Assembly: GCA_002104905.1 (NCBI GenBank)
Contig: MCFE01000367.1
Location: 1 to 64,000, forward strand
Origin: Basidiobolus meristosporus CBS 931.73
Taxonomy: Eukaryota > Fungi > Basidiobolomycota
Reading direction: 5' to 3'
Length of the DNA: 64,000 nucleotides
Shown here: in pieces, positions 11,218 to 24,600 of the stretch
Numbering within the stretch: the stretch's first letter is position 1
Layout of the letters: every line of letters begins with the position of its first letter
The notes under the pieces: generated by a model
The model's input: the letters and a program-made list of their open reading frames with translations, nothing else
Database searches by the model: none
Told to the model about the DNA's origin: nothing
Position numbers and translations under genes: made by a program

Positions 11218-13900
11218 TGATGCAAAAATTTGTAATTCCACCTAAATATCCACCTAACTGAGTTACTTAGATCATTACCTTTAAGGCCTAGAGAATACTG
11301 ACCAAATTCCTTGTTGGGATTTACTTGAAATATTTTGATCAAAATACCAGGCACCCAGAACATGATAATTCTCAAAGTTGTCCAAACAGCCCCAAGCTTT
11401 GCAGACATGCTCTTGAGACCTTCCTTAACTTATTTGATGTGTTTGCTATGCCAAGACCATGTAAAAGTATAAATCCTACTTTTACATTCAATAAATCATT
11501 AAGTGAAAACCACATAATCTAATTGTGCTCCCAATCACTTCCAATATCTCCATGACTCTTACAGCAGGTTATGACCCCCAAGCTGTGTCTCTGCAATGTT
11601 TACTACTGCTATTACTGGAATTTTATCCCTCTGCTCAATAGTTGAATGGATCTAACTACCAGGTGTAGAAGGCAAAGATAAAGATGCTGCTACAAGAAGG
11701 ATGCCTCTTGGATATTTTCATGGGAGAATAATGCCCTCCTAAACATGTGGGAGAGGAAGCCTTGAGTCCCAGAAAAAAGACCAAAGTGCCTTTAACTGCA
11801 TTTGCATCAATGTCAAAGATAAATTGCTAATTCAATACTCAAGTGCAAAAAGAGCAAAGTATGCCTGGAAGGCATTAGAAGACACCTACCAGTCATGTTC
11901 AGCTACTAAGAAAATATATCTTAGATGAAAATTCTTTACTACAAAGATGCTGCCAGGAGAAGAAATGAAAAATCTAATTAACAGAATTACCCTGCTGGTG
12001 GATGAGATGCAATCTATGGGCCTACCAACTACTAATAAGGAAGCACTAGTAGCCATCCTGAATAGCCTGAAAGACAAGTCTCAGGGCCTTGTATTAGCCT
12101 CAGAGTCCAGAGCTGAAGATTTGACCTTAAATTATTTATATGGAAGGCTCCTGGATGAAAATTCAAGAAAATCAAGCACTAATAAGAAGGAAGAAGAAAA
12201 TGCTTTAATAAGCAATGTAAACCAGCAAAGGAGGTACCCAAGACCCTGCAAAGGCAACAGCAATCTGTTTTGCAACTACTACAAAAGGAAAGGACACACA
12301 TTAAACCAGTGTCATAAAAAGAGAAATAACCAGCAAAAGAAGCCAGAATATGGAAATGCTGCTACAACTGAAGATAGACTATTCATATCTGTACTAAAAA
12401 TGACCAAAACAAGGATTTTCAGATGTTGTACATTGACTCTGGAGCATCTCAACACTTTACACACCAAAAAGAACTTCCTACTCAACATCAAGAAATTTTA
12501 ATCAAGGAGGTATTCATGGGTGACAATAAAACACTTGATGCAGTGGCAAAAGGAACTATCCAAGTAAACCTTAGAAGCAGTGAAGGAAGCCATACACTGA
12601 TCTTTAATGAAGTACTCTATGTACCTGAAATTGCCAAGAACCTACTATCTGTAAGCAAGGCCGCAGCAGAAGGACTCAGTATCAGCTTTGACAATTCTGG
12701 ATGCAGGAACACTGATAAAAATGGTGCCCATATTATTCAAGGTATCAGAGATCAGATCCTATGCAAGATAACTTATATTCCATCATATCTGGAAGCCAAT
12801 TTGAGTAACTTAAATGAAGAAACACCAATGCTTTGGCACAGGAGATTTAGGCAAATCAATTATGATTATGTGCGCAAAATGATCATGCATCAGCTAAATT
12901 CCGGAGTGAAAATTGAACCCCAACTAATTTGGAGCACTGTGAAGCCTGAATATATGGCAAACAAGCCAGACAACTGGTCAAGAGCTCTGGGTTAATCAAA
13001 ACCAAGAAAAAATTAGATCCAATTGACTCAAATCTGTGTGGGCCTATGCAAAGTTTATCCTTAGGCTGGATGAAATATTTAATCACTTTTACTGATAATT
13101 ATACAAGATACACATGGTTTTGCTTCATGGAGAGAAAGGAAGAAGCTCTGTCTCAGCTCAGGGAGTTTAAAGCCATGGTGGAGAGAGAAACTGGTGAAAT
13201 ATCATGAAAATATGCTCTGACAAATGTGGAGAATATACCTCAAAACTCCTCATCTACCTGTGCAAAATTGATGACATAAAGCAAGAGACTACTGTACAAT
13301 ACTCCACACAGCAGAATGAAGTAGCAGAATGTGCAAACAGATCAATAAGTGATATGGTAAGATCTATGATCCCTGACCAGAAATTATTCTATGATTTTTG
13401 AGTGGAATCAGTTGCCACAGCTGTATACCTTAAAATAGGAGTTAAAGCAAAATGTTTTTCTCCATTTGAAGCATGGTATAGATGCAGACCAATCAGAGCA
13501 AAACAATGAGAACTTTTTCATGCCAGAGGACTCTTCAATTGTGGCTTAGCCAGATCAGTGTCCAGGAATATCCCAGAAGTGATTATTCCAGTATCATTTG
13601 CCCAGAGATCCAACCAGACAAGAAATAGCCCATATTGCTTTATCAATGAGGGTTCTAACTTAGCCTATGCCTATTCAGCCCATATTGATGAGCCCCAGAG
13701 TATTAAAGAGGCCCTAAATAGCCCTCAGAAAAAGTTTTGGAGATCTGCAATGTCTGAGGGATATCAGGCTTTAATGGAAAATCAAACTTGGGACTAAGTC
13801 AAATTACCAAGAAACCAAAAATCAACTGGATGCAGATGGGTCTTCAAGACAAAATATAAGGCTAATGGCACAATTAAAAGATACAAAGCAAGACTTGTGG
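11218..13900 (+). mobile_element. 3'-truncated family A copia (copy A2)
   Basis: 5' LTR 11218-11566, PBS GGTTATGACCCC; gag, protease and integrase are collinear with A1 but carry stops, frameshifts and a deletion in the integrase C-terminus. Breaks off at RT YKARLV. Confidence 0.9.
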
Positions 13901-14382
13901 CTGTTGTTGGGCCAGGATTTGCTGCATAGCATTCTTCCATTCTTGATTTTATGGCATCATGAGGGGTGGCTTCTTCTTTCTTCTGGGTGGAGGATTCTGG
14001 CTATTGCTGCTACTAATGTTGCAAGGCTTGATATAAGTGTTGTAGGGGAATAGGGAGTTTAGCTAGTATTGTATTCAGTAAAACTTGAACTGAACTTTAT
14101 TGAGGTTCCAGCAGCTCTTTATATACATCTTGCCAGATCAATTGCTGACTAATTGCATTTCCTAATGTAGGTGTGGATGATGACCCATTTGATTGCATCA
14201 TCATAACCCAATTATAGGATACCTAATATATCTATGTCTGAATGATAAGGATCTGCTGATTCATCTGCTGACTAATACTACTGATCCAATAGATAATACT
14301 GATAAACTGATAGGCTAAACCTAAAACTAATTGATTTGATTAAAAACTGTTCTAACTTAAACATTCAGGCGGTAGATCCTCA
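13901..14382 (-). mobile_element. 5' end (LTR + PBS + first gag codons) of a diverged Ty3/gypsy family C copy
   Basis: LTR 14017-~14382 is similar to 41876-42243; 13901-14016 matches the gag start at 41760-41875. Confidence 0.8.
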
Positions 14383-14399
14383 TGGCTATCCAAAGCAAC

Positions 14400-15660
14400 A
14401 ATTCTCCATTTTCCTGCTGCAGTAGGATTGCTAGTTTATATAGAGTGTACGTGATAGTTCAATTAGGGCTTAGATATCTACTATCTCAATCTGGACACCA
14501 GTAACTTATTGGCATTGGGTTTGTGCTCAATATCTGGCTCTGAAGATACCAGTAACTGCATTTCCCTTTTTGATCTAGATCTGATGCATGTTGGTTGCAT
14601 ATCCACAGCTTTTCATATTTCCCAGAGTGTTCAGGAACCTAATATAATCATAACACCTCTATTCAGAGATGTTGTTTTCAGATCAGTCTTCTATTTAGAT
14701 CTTGCATAGCTTTTCACAGGTGTAATTATTAACTTGTGCCAGTGAGCTCCCTTCAAAAGCCCTTTGTCTCAGCGTCTTAGCAGCTGATACTATTACTGTT
14801 GTGTGGCCCATAGCTGGGAGCTGCAAGGGATTTGATCTGATTATAATAACAGGATTAACAATTAATCCATGTTGACTTATGTTATCTTACATCATTGAAT
14901 GCCTAGTGATATTTGTGCTGGTGTATGGTGAACAGAGTACTCCTCAATAGATTTTCATATATGTATTCCATAGTAGTTATAGAGACTATAAGAATAAACT
15001 TTTGCAAGGATCTCTGGCAGTATTTCTCCCAATGGTAATGACAATTTCATCTTCTTGATATCAAGATATATTTTCACCGCTGTTTCAGGTCCTTAATCAA
15101 GACCAGTGGCTTGTCTATAAGTAACTTATAGAGCTTCAGGATCATTGATGCTAGTAATAGTATCACTGATATATCATATATATCACTCTAAATTTGACAT
15201 GTCTAGAATCACTGATATTTGGCTAATATATATATAGACTTATTATATCCCTCTGATCCTCAGAGCTTTAACAAGCTAATCTGTGAATTGGTTTCCATGT
15301 CAACCTATATACTAGGGCAGCTTGTAGCTTCAAAGTTCTTGCATATCATTTCATTTCAAGTGACAATAGACTTGGGTATTTTCACTGCCGGAGCTCTAGT
15401 ATTTCATTGACTGAGATAGTGTTAACCAAACCTGGGTAAATGCAGTCTTGCAGGTGGATCCAATCCAGATCAATGGTTGGGATCCTGCAATGAGGCTGAC
15501 ATAATACCAGCAGCTTGGAGCCATTGGCCTTCCTTCCAACCTCATGACATAGTTTTGGCAGTATTTTGCTGAATCTACTACTTAGAAGGTAAAGAAACTT
15601 AATGGTTTTACAACAGTCCTTTGATGGGATTTTGATGGCACTTTCTCAGATCTAAAGCAG
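14400..15660. repeat. Unclassified dispersed repeat (family G) fragment
   Basis: ggtggatccaatccagat...gggatcc...tgaggctg (~15455-15500) recurs at ~18300-18350 and, inverted, at ~52785-52825. Confidence 0.45.
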
Positions 15661-15896
15661 CCCACACTTATTTGAGCATACCCCACTGCCCAGAACATCC
15701 CATTATCATATATAGAAGAAAACCTGTCAGTATTTTGATGGCTTTGATGAGAACATCTGTTGGCATTATAACAGCCATATGGCAGCCTACATCTAGTACT
15801 CTACAGTGTAAGCATACCAGATTACCAAATGGAATTTCCTTTTCTACCACCCCTTGCACCATTCACATCTTCTATTATAGAATTGCCTCTCATTAT

Positions 15897-16610
15897 TGTT
15901 GTAACTTAAGAAATGATTTGGAAATAAGGAACTTATCAAAAAATATGGATGATATTTGAACTGATTTTTATTTATAAAGAAGCTCAGTATTTATACCTTT
16001 GTAGAAGTGATATAACTGTAGCACTACGTAAGGAGTGTTTCTCAACACCCAGGAGCAATCTGTAACTGTTTCAGGGCTGGTACATATTGCTTGGTATATG
16101 TGCTAATTTGATCCTGACTATAGGGAAATAATGATACAGTGATAGAACTGAAGAGAGTAGCAAATTTATGGTTAAATGTTAGCCCTACAGCAACCAAAAC
16201 CAGTTTGGAGCTGTCAAGTAAACTTTTAGCGGCTGAATAATATCAAATAGTTGAATATTCAACACTCCCCCTCAAGTAAATAGCCTCTTGTTCCTAATTC
16301 CTCTCTAAGATTCTCAATTGTGGCATAGCTAGTGGTTTTGTCAATATATCTGACACTATTTTGTCAGTTGGGCAGTAAGCTAGCTCTAATAATTTACTAT
16401 CTAAAGCTTCCCTCACACAGTGGTGCTGTATATCTACATGCTTAGTTCTGGCAAGAATAGTAGAGTTTCTAGCTAGTGAAATACAACTTTGATTATCCTT
16501 GTGAATACATGGTGGCTGATCCAAGTTAAAAGCTAAGTCTTTGAATAATTTTTGTAGTCACATAGCCTCCTTAGTAGCTTGACAAGCAGCCATATACTCA
16601 GCTTCAGATG
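15897..16610 (-). mobile_element. Family B copia 3' end (RNase H remnant, PPT, complete 3' LTR 15897-16264)
   Basis: ARTKHVDIQHHCVRE...DILTKPL; PPT rc GAGGGGGAG; the LTR matches 26427-26795. Confidence 0.85.
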
Positions 16611-17583
16611 AAAGATCATGGAAAATAGAGCAATTTTCTTGGAATTGAAGTCAAATTTGACATACCTACAAAGAAATTGGACTGAATCAGTCCAAGTACA
16701 TCAGGGACATTCTCAAACGCTTCAAAATGGAAAATTGCAAGCCTGCAGCTACCCCCATGGATAATAACCTGAAACAGAGCAAATCTCAGCCAGTTTTAGG
16801 TAAAAAAGGCCCAAATATGGTCCATAGGTTTCACTATCAATTAATAGTTTGTGGCCTGATATACTTCATAGTGTCAATGTATTTAGATCTTGTAGTGGCA
16901 GTTGAAATAGTCAGTCAATTTGTGCAAGATTATGGATCAGATCAAATTACAGCAGTTAAGCAGATTTTCTGATATCTACAAGGTACCATAACTATGGTAC
17001 CAGAATACTCTAGGGTAGCTAATAAGCAAAATGATGATGGTCATAGTGATTCAGAATGGGGTAGGGATCTGACTGATGGATGCTCTACCACTGGATATGT
17101 ATATCTTTATGCTGGTGCAGCTATTACTTGAAATTGCAAGAAGCAACCAATTGTGGCCCTATCTACAAGTGCAGCTGAGTATATTGCTGCTTGTCAAGCA
17201 AATAGGAATGCTATTGTTGAAGTATTAGACTATTTGATATCATTCAGCGGCTAAAAACTTACCTAACAAATCTGGAATGATCTTAGTCACTGTAGGACTA
17301 ATTTACAGCCCCAACTTTGCCAGTTTCTTCAGATCTATAATTCTTCAATTATTCCCCTATAGTCAAGATCAAGTTTACACATTTACCAAAGAGTATGTAC
17401 TAACCCGGAAACTATGGCAGAATGCTCCTGAATGTTAAGAAAACCTCCTGACTTGGTGTTACAGCTGTGTTATTTCTACAAAGGTATACTTGATTACCCT
17501 CTTTATGAATAAACAACAGTTAAACTATTATCACTATTTCTTGATAAGTTGCTGACATCCAAATTATCATTTAATTTGCATTA
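16611..17583 (+). mobile_element. Family B copia RT/RNase H remnant fused directly to an LTR (17215-~17583)
   Basis: MENCKPAATPMD...AEYIAACQA, followed immediately by TGTTGAAGTATTAGACTATTTG. Confidence 0.8.
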
Positions 17584-17589
17584 CATAGC

Positions 17590-18290
17590 CTGCTGCAATC
17601 AAGCAGGATGTGTTTTACCTGTTCCATGAGCACTATCCTGGATTCAAACAAGCAAACACCTTCTAGGCTAGCATTAGTATACTAAGAACATATTGCAAGA
17701 GCCACAGAAACTACCATAGGCAGAAAAGCAAGAGTGCAATGGCTAAAAACCAAAGGCTACCTGATGAGCCTGTTACAAGTAGGCCAAAAGCCTTGAATAG
17801 ATGTGAAATAACTGTCATGTAACTGGAAGAGTGTTTATACAAAACAAGCAGGTAGACACATATGCAACTGCACAACATTTATCAAGAAATTTTGGTTGCA
17901 ATCAAATAGCACTCCGTCAAAGTTGCTGTAAAATACCTGGCAGTGATAAAATCAGCAGAATCCTCAGCATCCTGTGACTATTGGGGCTGAAAGCTCAAAG
18001 CAAGCAGCAATGAAATATCATCCTGCCAGATGAATGCCAGTAGGGAACAAGAAGGCAGAAGCATATGAGCTGGTGTGGCATTTATCAAGAAAAAAATGCA
18101 GTTCAATAAAGGAAGCACTTAGAGAAGGTTGCAGTGATAAAGGAAAAGATGAATGGAAAAAGTCTATTTCAGGCAGAAACTGGAAACATAGGAAATAGCT
18201 TCAGCTCTTGCCAATTAACACCTTAAGCCTGGAACAGGCTTGATTCCATCATAGCCAAGTAGAATTACCAATACCCAATGAAAACAAATA
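17590..18290 (+). pseudogene. ORF-X remnant (partner ORF of the tnp2-type element)
   Basis: caagcaggatgtgttttacctgttccatgagcactatcctggattca matches ~58865-58910; the downstream low-complexity tail matches 59000-59560. Confidence 0.6.
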
Positions 18291-21200
18291 TATGGTCCTA
18301 TGGATGTATCTAATCCAGATGAACCATCAGGATCCTTGATGAGGCTGTCATAATGATGGCAGCTGGGATTCAATGCCCCTCTAAATAATCATATGACAGG
18401 ATTGTGACAGCAATTTGCCAAATATACTGCCAAATAGATTTAAGAACTTAATGGTGCTTGACAGTCCCTGGACAATAGTTGTATGGCATTTCTACAGTCT
18501 TAATGCCTTCTACACTTATTCAAACACACCTTACTGGTCAATATATCCCAAGATACCAAATAGTCCAGTATTTCACCAATAGCACTCTTGTTTGCTTGAC
18601 AAGCAGCAATATACTCAGCTGCACTTGTAGCTAGGGCCACAGCAGGTTGCTTCTTGCAATTTCAAGTAATAGCCGCACCAGCATAAAGATTATATACCTG
18701 GTGGTAGAGCATCTGTCAATCAGACCCCTACCCCAATCTGAAGCACTACAACTGTCAGATTGTTGCCCATTGGCTGCCCGGGAGTATTCCAGAGCTATAT
18801 TTATAGTGCCTTGTAGTTATCTGAAAGTGATTTGATCCAATCCATAATTTTTCACAAGTTGACTAACTATTACAACTATCACTGCAACATCTGGACATGT
18901 ATACAACATCTAGTACATCAGGCTACCAATAATTGATTGATAGAGAAAATTTTGGCTCATAGTTGAGCCTTTTACATCTAAAACTGGCTGAGATTTGCAC
19001 AGTGCCAGGTTATTATCCATGGTGGTACATTGAGGCTTGCAATTTTTTATTTAGCAGCAGCTAAAAGTATATCTGAAGTACTTAAACTGATTCAGCACAA
19101 TATCTGTGTTGGTATGTGAAGTTTGACTTCAATTTCAAGAAAATAGCTCAATTTTCTGAGATCTTTCATCTCAAATTTGCTGAAGAGATCTGATTTTGTC
19201 TGTTTGAGTGCCTTCTGGTCACTTCCAGCTATTATTAGGTTTATCACATAAAGAACCTAGATGATCATACTCTTTTGAAGCTCTTTCACATATACTGTGA
19301 TATATGGTGCTACAAATGAACTCAATCTGCTCATGTTTTATTTCAATCTTGTTATACTATCATCTAGGTGCCTGCTTAAGCCCATACAACACTTCTCTAA
19401 GGCTGCACATCTTTTGGGGCCATTTGGATTGGTAAAACCTTCTGGTTTCTCAATGTATATAGTTTCTGGCAGGTCTCTATTTAGAAAGGCCATTTCACGT
19501 CCATTTGGTGTAGATCTAGACTGTCTACAGCTGCCAGGGCTAGAACTGCCCTAATAAAGCTGAGCTTGGCAACCAAGGCAAATGTTTCCTTAAAGTTATA
19601 TGATTCCTTAAAGTCTATGCCCTGAATCCACAAATAGCCTTTAGCCACCCACCTAGACTTGTGCTTATTAATGTTACCACTTGAGTTTATCTTGATCTTG
19701 TAGAACCATCTACATCTAGTTGGCTTTCTCCCATTTGGTAAATGTACCAGTTCCCATGTTTTTACCCTGATTAGTGATTGGTACTCTTCCTGCATGGCTT
19801 GTTTCCATGTAGTAGCATCTGGACTTTGCATTGCCTGTTCTGCATTCTGAGATTTGGCACATTAGGCTAGATAAGCATCTTCATGAACATTGCATTTCTG
19901 CCACCAGGATCCAGGAGTTTTTCCTATTCTTGTAGATCTCCCAGCTGGGAAAATATGCCCTGATCTGCAACTAGTAGAATTATCTTCTGTATCTGGCTGA
20001 ATGAGGTATGTATCTTCTTCATTAGTGTTCATTGTGTTGTCATGCATCTAGCCAATGATTTCAGTGGCTTTCTGATCTAAATTCTCAAATACAATGTTGC
20101 AGCTGTTGGTCAGCCTCTGTATATTGCCATCAAACACTCTAGAGCCTTTAGTATCCTTGCAATACCCAAAAAAGATACCTTTTCTACTCTGTGGCTCCAC
20201 TTTGAGCATTTTTTGTCAAACATGTTATGAAAAACATCACTGCCAAGGATCCTGAGATGCTGGTGGTCTGGTTTTTTTTGTATATGCTTCAAAGGGTGTA
20301 GAGTCATTGAGTGCTGGTGTGAATCATTTATTCTTGATTTGTACTGTGTTAACAACAGATTCAGCCCAAAGCTTGTAGTCCTTTCCCTTATCATATAGCA
20401 TAGATCTTCCCACCTCTACTACTGTTGTATTTGCATGTTCTGCTACTCAATTTCATTGTGCAGTATGTGGAACAGTGGTCTGTTGAAGTATACCTGTAGA
20501 TAAGCAATTGTTTGCAAACTTTTTTGAGGAGTATTGCCTCCATTGTCACTTCAAAGTACCTTCAATTTACACCCAGCTTGTGTTTCTACCATGTTCTTGA
20601 AGTACTCAAACATCTTCAAAGCTTCATTCTTTTTCTTGGGGAAGTACCCCCATGTATATCTTGTCTTGTCATCAATAAATATCACAAATTATCTCTTGGC
20701 TCCAAAGAACAGTGTTCTCTTGAGCCCACATATGTCTAATTGCACAACAGCTAATATTTAGGTTGTGTTGATGCCTCCAGAGCTCCTGAAACAATGCTGA
20801 GCTTGTTTGCCACTTGATTGACCCTTGCAGACACTTAATCTGACTGGAATTGAGTGATTTAGATCCAAAGCAAACTGATTAATTATCAATTGGTTCATTT
20901 TCTGTTCTATATTGTGTTGTAGCCTCCTATGCCATGTATCCTAGTTAGTCTCATCAGTTTCAGCAATATTGACATACTCCAGTACAATGATCTTGCATTG
21001 TAACCTGTTAATATGATGAACTCTGCTTTCTGAAGCTAATTTTTGTTGATTTTCACTCAGTATTGAACAGCCCAACTTAGTAAAAGCAAATTTCTGTCCC
21101 TGAGCAGTTGCTCTACTGACTCAGAGCAGACTCTTAGTAATTCCAGGCACACAGAGTACCTCAGTCAGTTTTGCTGTTGTTCCCCCTAAAATATTACTAA

Positions 21201-21656
21201 TATTTAGCTTTATAGACCCACTGGTAGTGACATCCAGTATAGAGTTGTCTCTCAGATAAACCTTTCTTGTGGGAATAGTCTTTAAGTAGTTGTACCACTC
21301 CTTTATACCTAAATATGCTGTGATGCTACAGAGTTAATAGACTTCTTCTGTTGGATAGTGCCACATTGAGCCATGAGTGCCAAATGATGCCATAGTGTGC
21401 CAGAGAGGCCCAGTGAACCTATACTTGGTCACAGAGTGTGAAACATAGCTCTGCATCTTCATGCAGAGCAGCCCCTGTGTTTGACCCTTTGTGTTGGAGA
21501 AAATCCATTTTTGGATGTTTTTTTGTGGACCAATGTTGTGCAGGATGTGTAAGAGCACAGAAGAGCTGAAGACATGCATCTGGTACTCAATACGCATGGC
21601 ACTCTGAATCTAGCTCCTGTGGCTTGTAACATGTCACAAAAATGCATGGCACTATC

Positions 21657-24600
21657 TGTTGAAATATTGGACTATTTGGTATCATTCTGCAGCTAACAAT
21701 TTACTTAACAATTCTGGACTAGTCTTGGTCACTATTGGACTAACTTACAGCTCCAGCTTTGCCACTTTCTTCAGATATATGATCTTATGGTTATTCCCTT
21801 ATAGTCAGGATCAAATTAGCACCAATACTAACTATTATGTACTAACCCTGAAATGGTTACAGAATGCTCCTGAATATTGAGAAGCCCTCCTTACTTAGTG
21901 TTACAGCTGTATTACTTCTACAAAGGTATAAATACTGAGCTTCATTACTAATAAACAACAGTTCAATTATAATCACTATTTCTTGATAAGTTCCTTATAT
22001 CCATATCACTTCTTAAATTGCAGCAGGTTATGAGCCCCAATTGCCTTAAACTATTCTAAAGATGAGTTCTACCAGCAAACAGAACAACACAAACATCTTC
22101 CCTGTAAAGGAGAGGTTCGATGAAAACAACTATAGACTGTGGAGAATCAAGATGCAGATCCACCTTGAGGAAAGGAAGCTTTGGAATATAGTAACAGGAA
22201 AAGAAGTTGAGCAGCATGGGAAAACCAGACAATTATGAGCCACTCATACTTTCTTTCAAGAGCAGAGAAGACAATTTGACTTTAGACTCTGGCAAAGGAT
22301 GACTTCTTCATGAAGAACTCAGACGTAATGATCAAGCAGAGAAAATCAAAGATAATGCTTTATTCAGCTCAGAAAGGCACTCAGAAAAGAAGGGAAAGCA
22401 ACAAAACCAAAGAAAATCTGGTTGCTGCAACTATTGTAAAAAGCCAGGACACTGGGCAAGAGAATGCAAGAAGAAACAAGCAGACAAGAAACAGAAACTA
22501 GAGCAGGCAAACCATATAAATACTGATGAATAGTTAGTTGTAACTGTACAAGAGAGTTCAAGTAACCAAAGTAATGAATGGTACATTGACTCTGGAGCCT
22601 CACAGCATATTTGTGGTATAAAGGAGTGGCTCAGCAACTTAAAGACTATTCCTATAAGAAAGGTTTATCTGGGAGATAACTCTGCTCTGGAAGCTACTGC
22701 CAGTGGGTCTATACAACTAAATATGAGTGATAGCTCCGGGGCAACAACAGCAAGACTCAGTGACATACTCTATGCACCAGGAATAGCTAAGAACCTACTC
22801 TCACTCAGTAAAGCAACTGCTCAGGGACTGAAATTTGTTTTTACTAAGATGAGCTGCTCAATGTTGAGTGAGAATGGACAAAACTCAGCTTTGGGTATCA
22901 AAGATCACAATATATACAAGTTACAATGCAAGATCATTGTACCTGAGTATGTCAGCATTGCTGAAACTGATAAAACCAACTGGGAGATGTGGCATAGGAT
23001 GCTAGGACACATTGGGGAACAGAAAATGAGCCAATTGGTAAAAATAAGCTTGTTTTGGGCCTAAAATACTCAACTCCAATCAAATTGAATGTTTGTAAGG
23101 GATGTTCATATGGCAAACAAGCTAGGCAATGTTGCAAGAGCTCAGAAGACATCAATACCACCAAAATATTGGCATTGCACACTCAGACATATGTGGACCC
23201 ATGAGAACACTATTCTTTGGAGCCAAGAGATACTTTATGACATTTATTGATGACAAAACAAGATATACATGGGTGTACTTCCTCAAAACAAAGGATGAAG
23301 CTTTAGAGTCATTTAAGCACTTCAAGAACATGGCAGAAACACAAACTGGGTGGAAATTGAAGGTACTACAAAGTGACAATGTAGGAGAATACTGTTCAAA
23401 GGAGTTTGCTAAATATTGCTTGTCTACTGGTATACTTCATGAGACCACAGTTCCTCATACTCCACAGCAAAATGGAGTAGCCAAACATTCAAATAGAACA
23501 ACAATGAAGATGGGAAGATCTATGCTACATGATAAGGGAATGGACGATAAGTTTTGGGCTGAATCTGTTGCAACTGCAGTATACATCAAGAACAGATGCC
23601 CAACAACAGCACTACGTGATTCTACACCCTTTGAAGCATATACAGGCAAAAAACCAGATCTCCAGCACCTCAAGATCTTTGGCAGTGATGTTTTTAATCA
23701 AACCCCTGACAAAAAACGCTCAAAGTTGGAACCAAAGAGTAGGAAAGGGATCTTTCTTGGGTATTACAACAATACTAAAGGGTATGGAGTGTATGATGGC
23801 CAGATGCTACTATATGGCAACAAGCCATGCAGGAGGAGTACTAATCACTGATCAAGGCAAAAACATGGGGACCAGTAGATTTACCAAATAGGTGAAAGCC
23901 AATAGGATGTGGATGGGTCTACAAGATCAAGATAACCTCAAATGGTGCTGTTGATAAATACAAGGCTAGATTGGTGGCTAATGGCTGTTCCCAGATCCAG
24001 GGACTAAACTTTAGGGAAACATTTGCTCCGGTGTAGTGGGGTCACAGTGACACTCACAGGCAGATGTGCTCATTCTCATATGTTCACTTCCCTAAAAAAG
24101 GATTACCCCCCCTATATTAGTATCATCCCAAATTGCAATACTTTCTATTCTGTCTACGTGATTATTACTATGCAACCTGACAAACTATTTGTCACTATTA
24201 ACCTATTGCACAAGCTATTCCTATTCCTTGCCAAGATGCCAAGATAAGATAGTTACCATATAAGGCAAGTACCCAAACAGTGCCCATGTCATGTGACCAT
24301 TTTGGCTTCATAACCCTCCTATCCTACTACCATAAGAGGCAACCACATGACACAGGGGTTTCATATTACCACTACCTGATTGGCTAGGTGCTACTATGTC
24401 TCATGGAACAATCCGCCAAGAATTTGCGCTATTTTTAGTACACAATGACATGATTGGCTGTCTACTACCTTCTGGAAACTTCTGGAAAGTATTTTCTAGC
24501 AAGAAATTGAGCAGCAAAAAAGTATATAAGGGAGGCTATCCCTTAAAATAAATTATCCCTCTTCCAATATTCCGACTTAATGATTAGTGAGATCACCACT

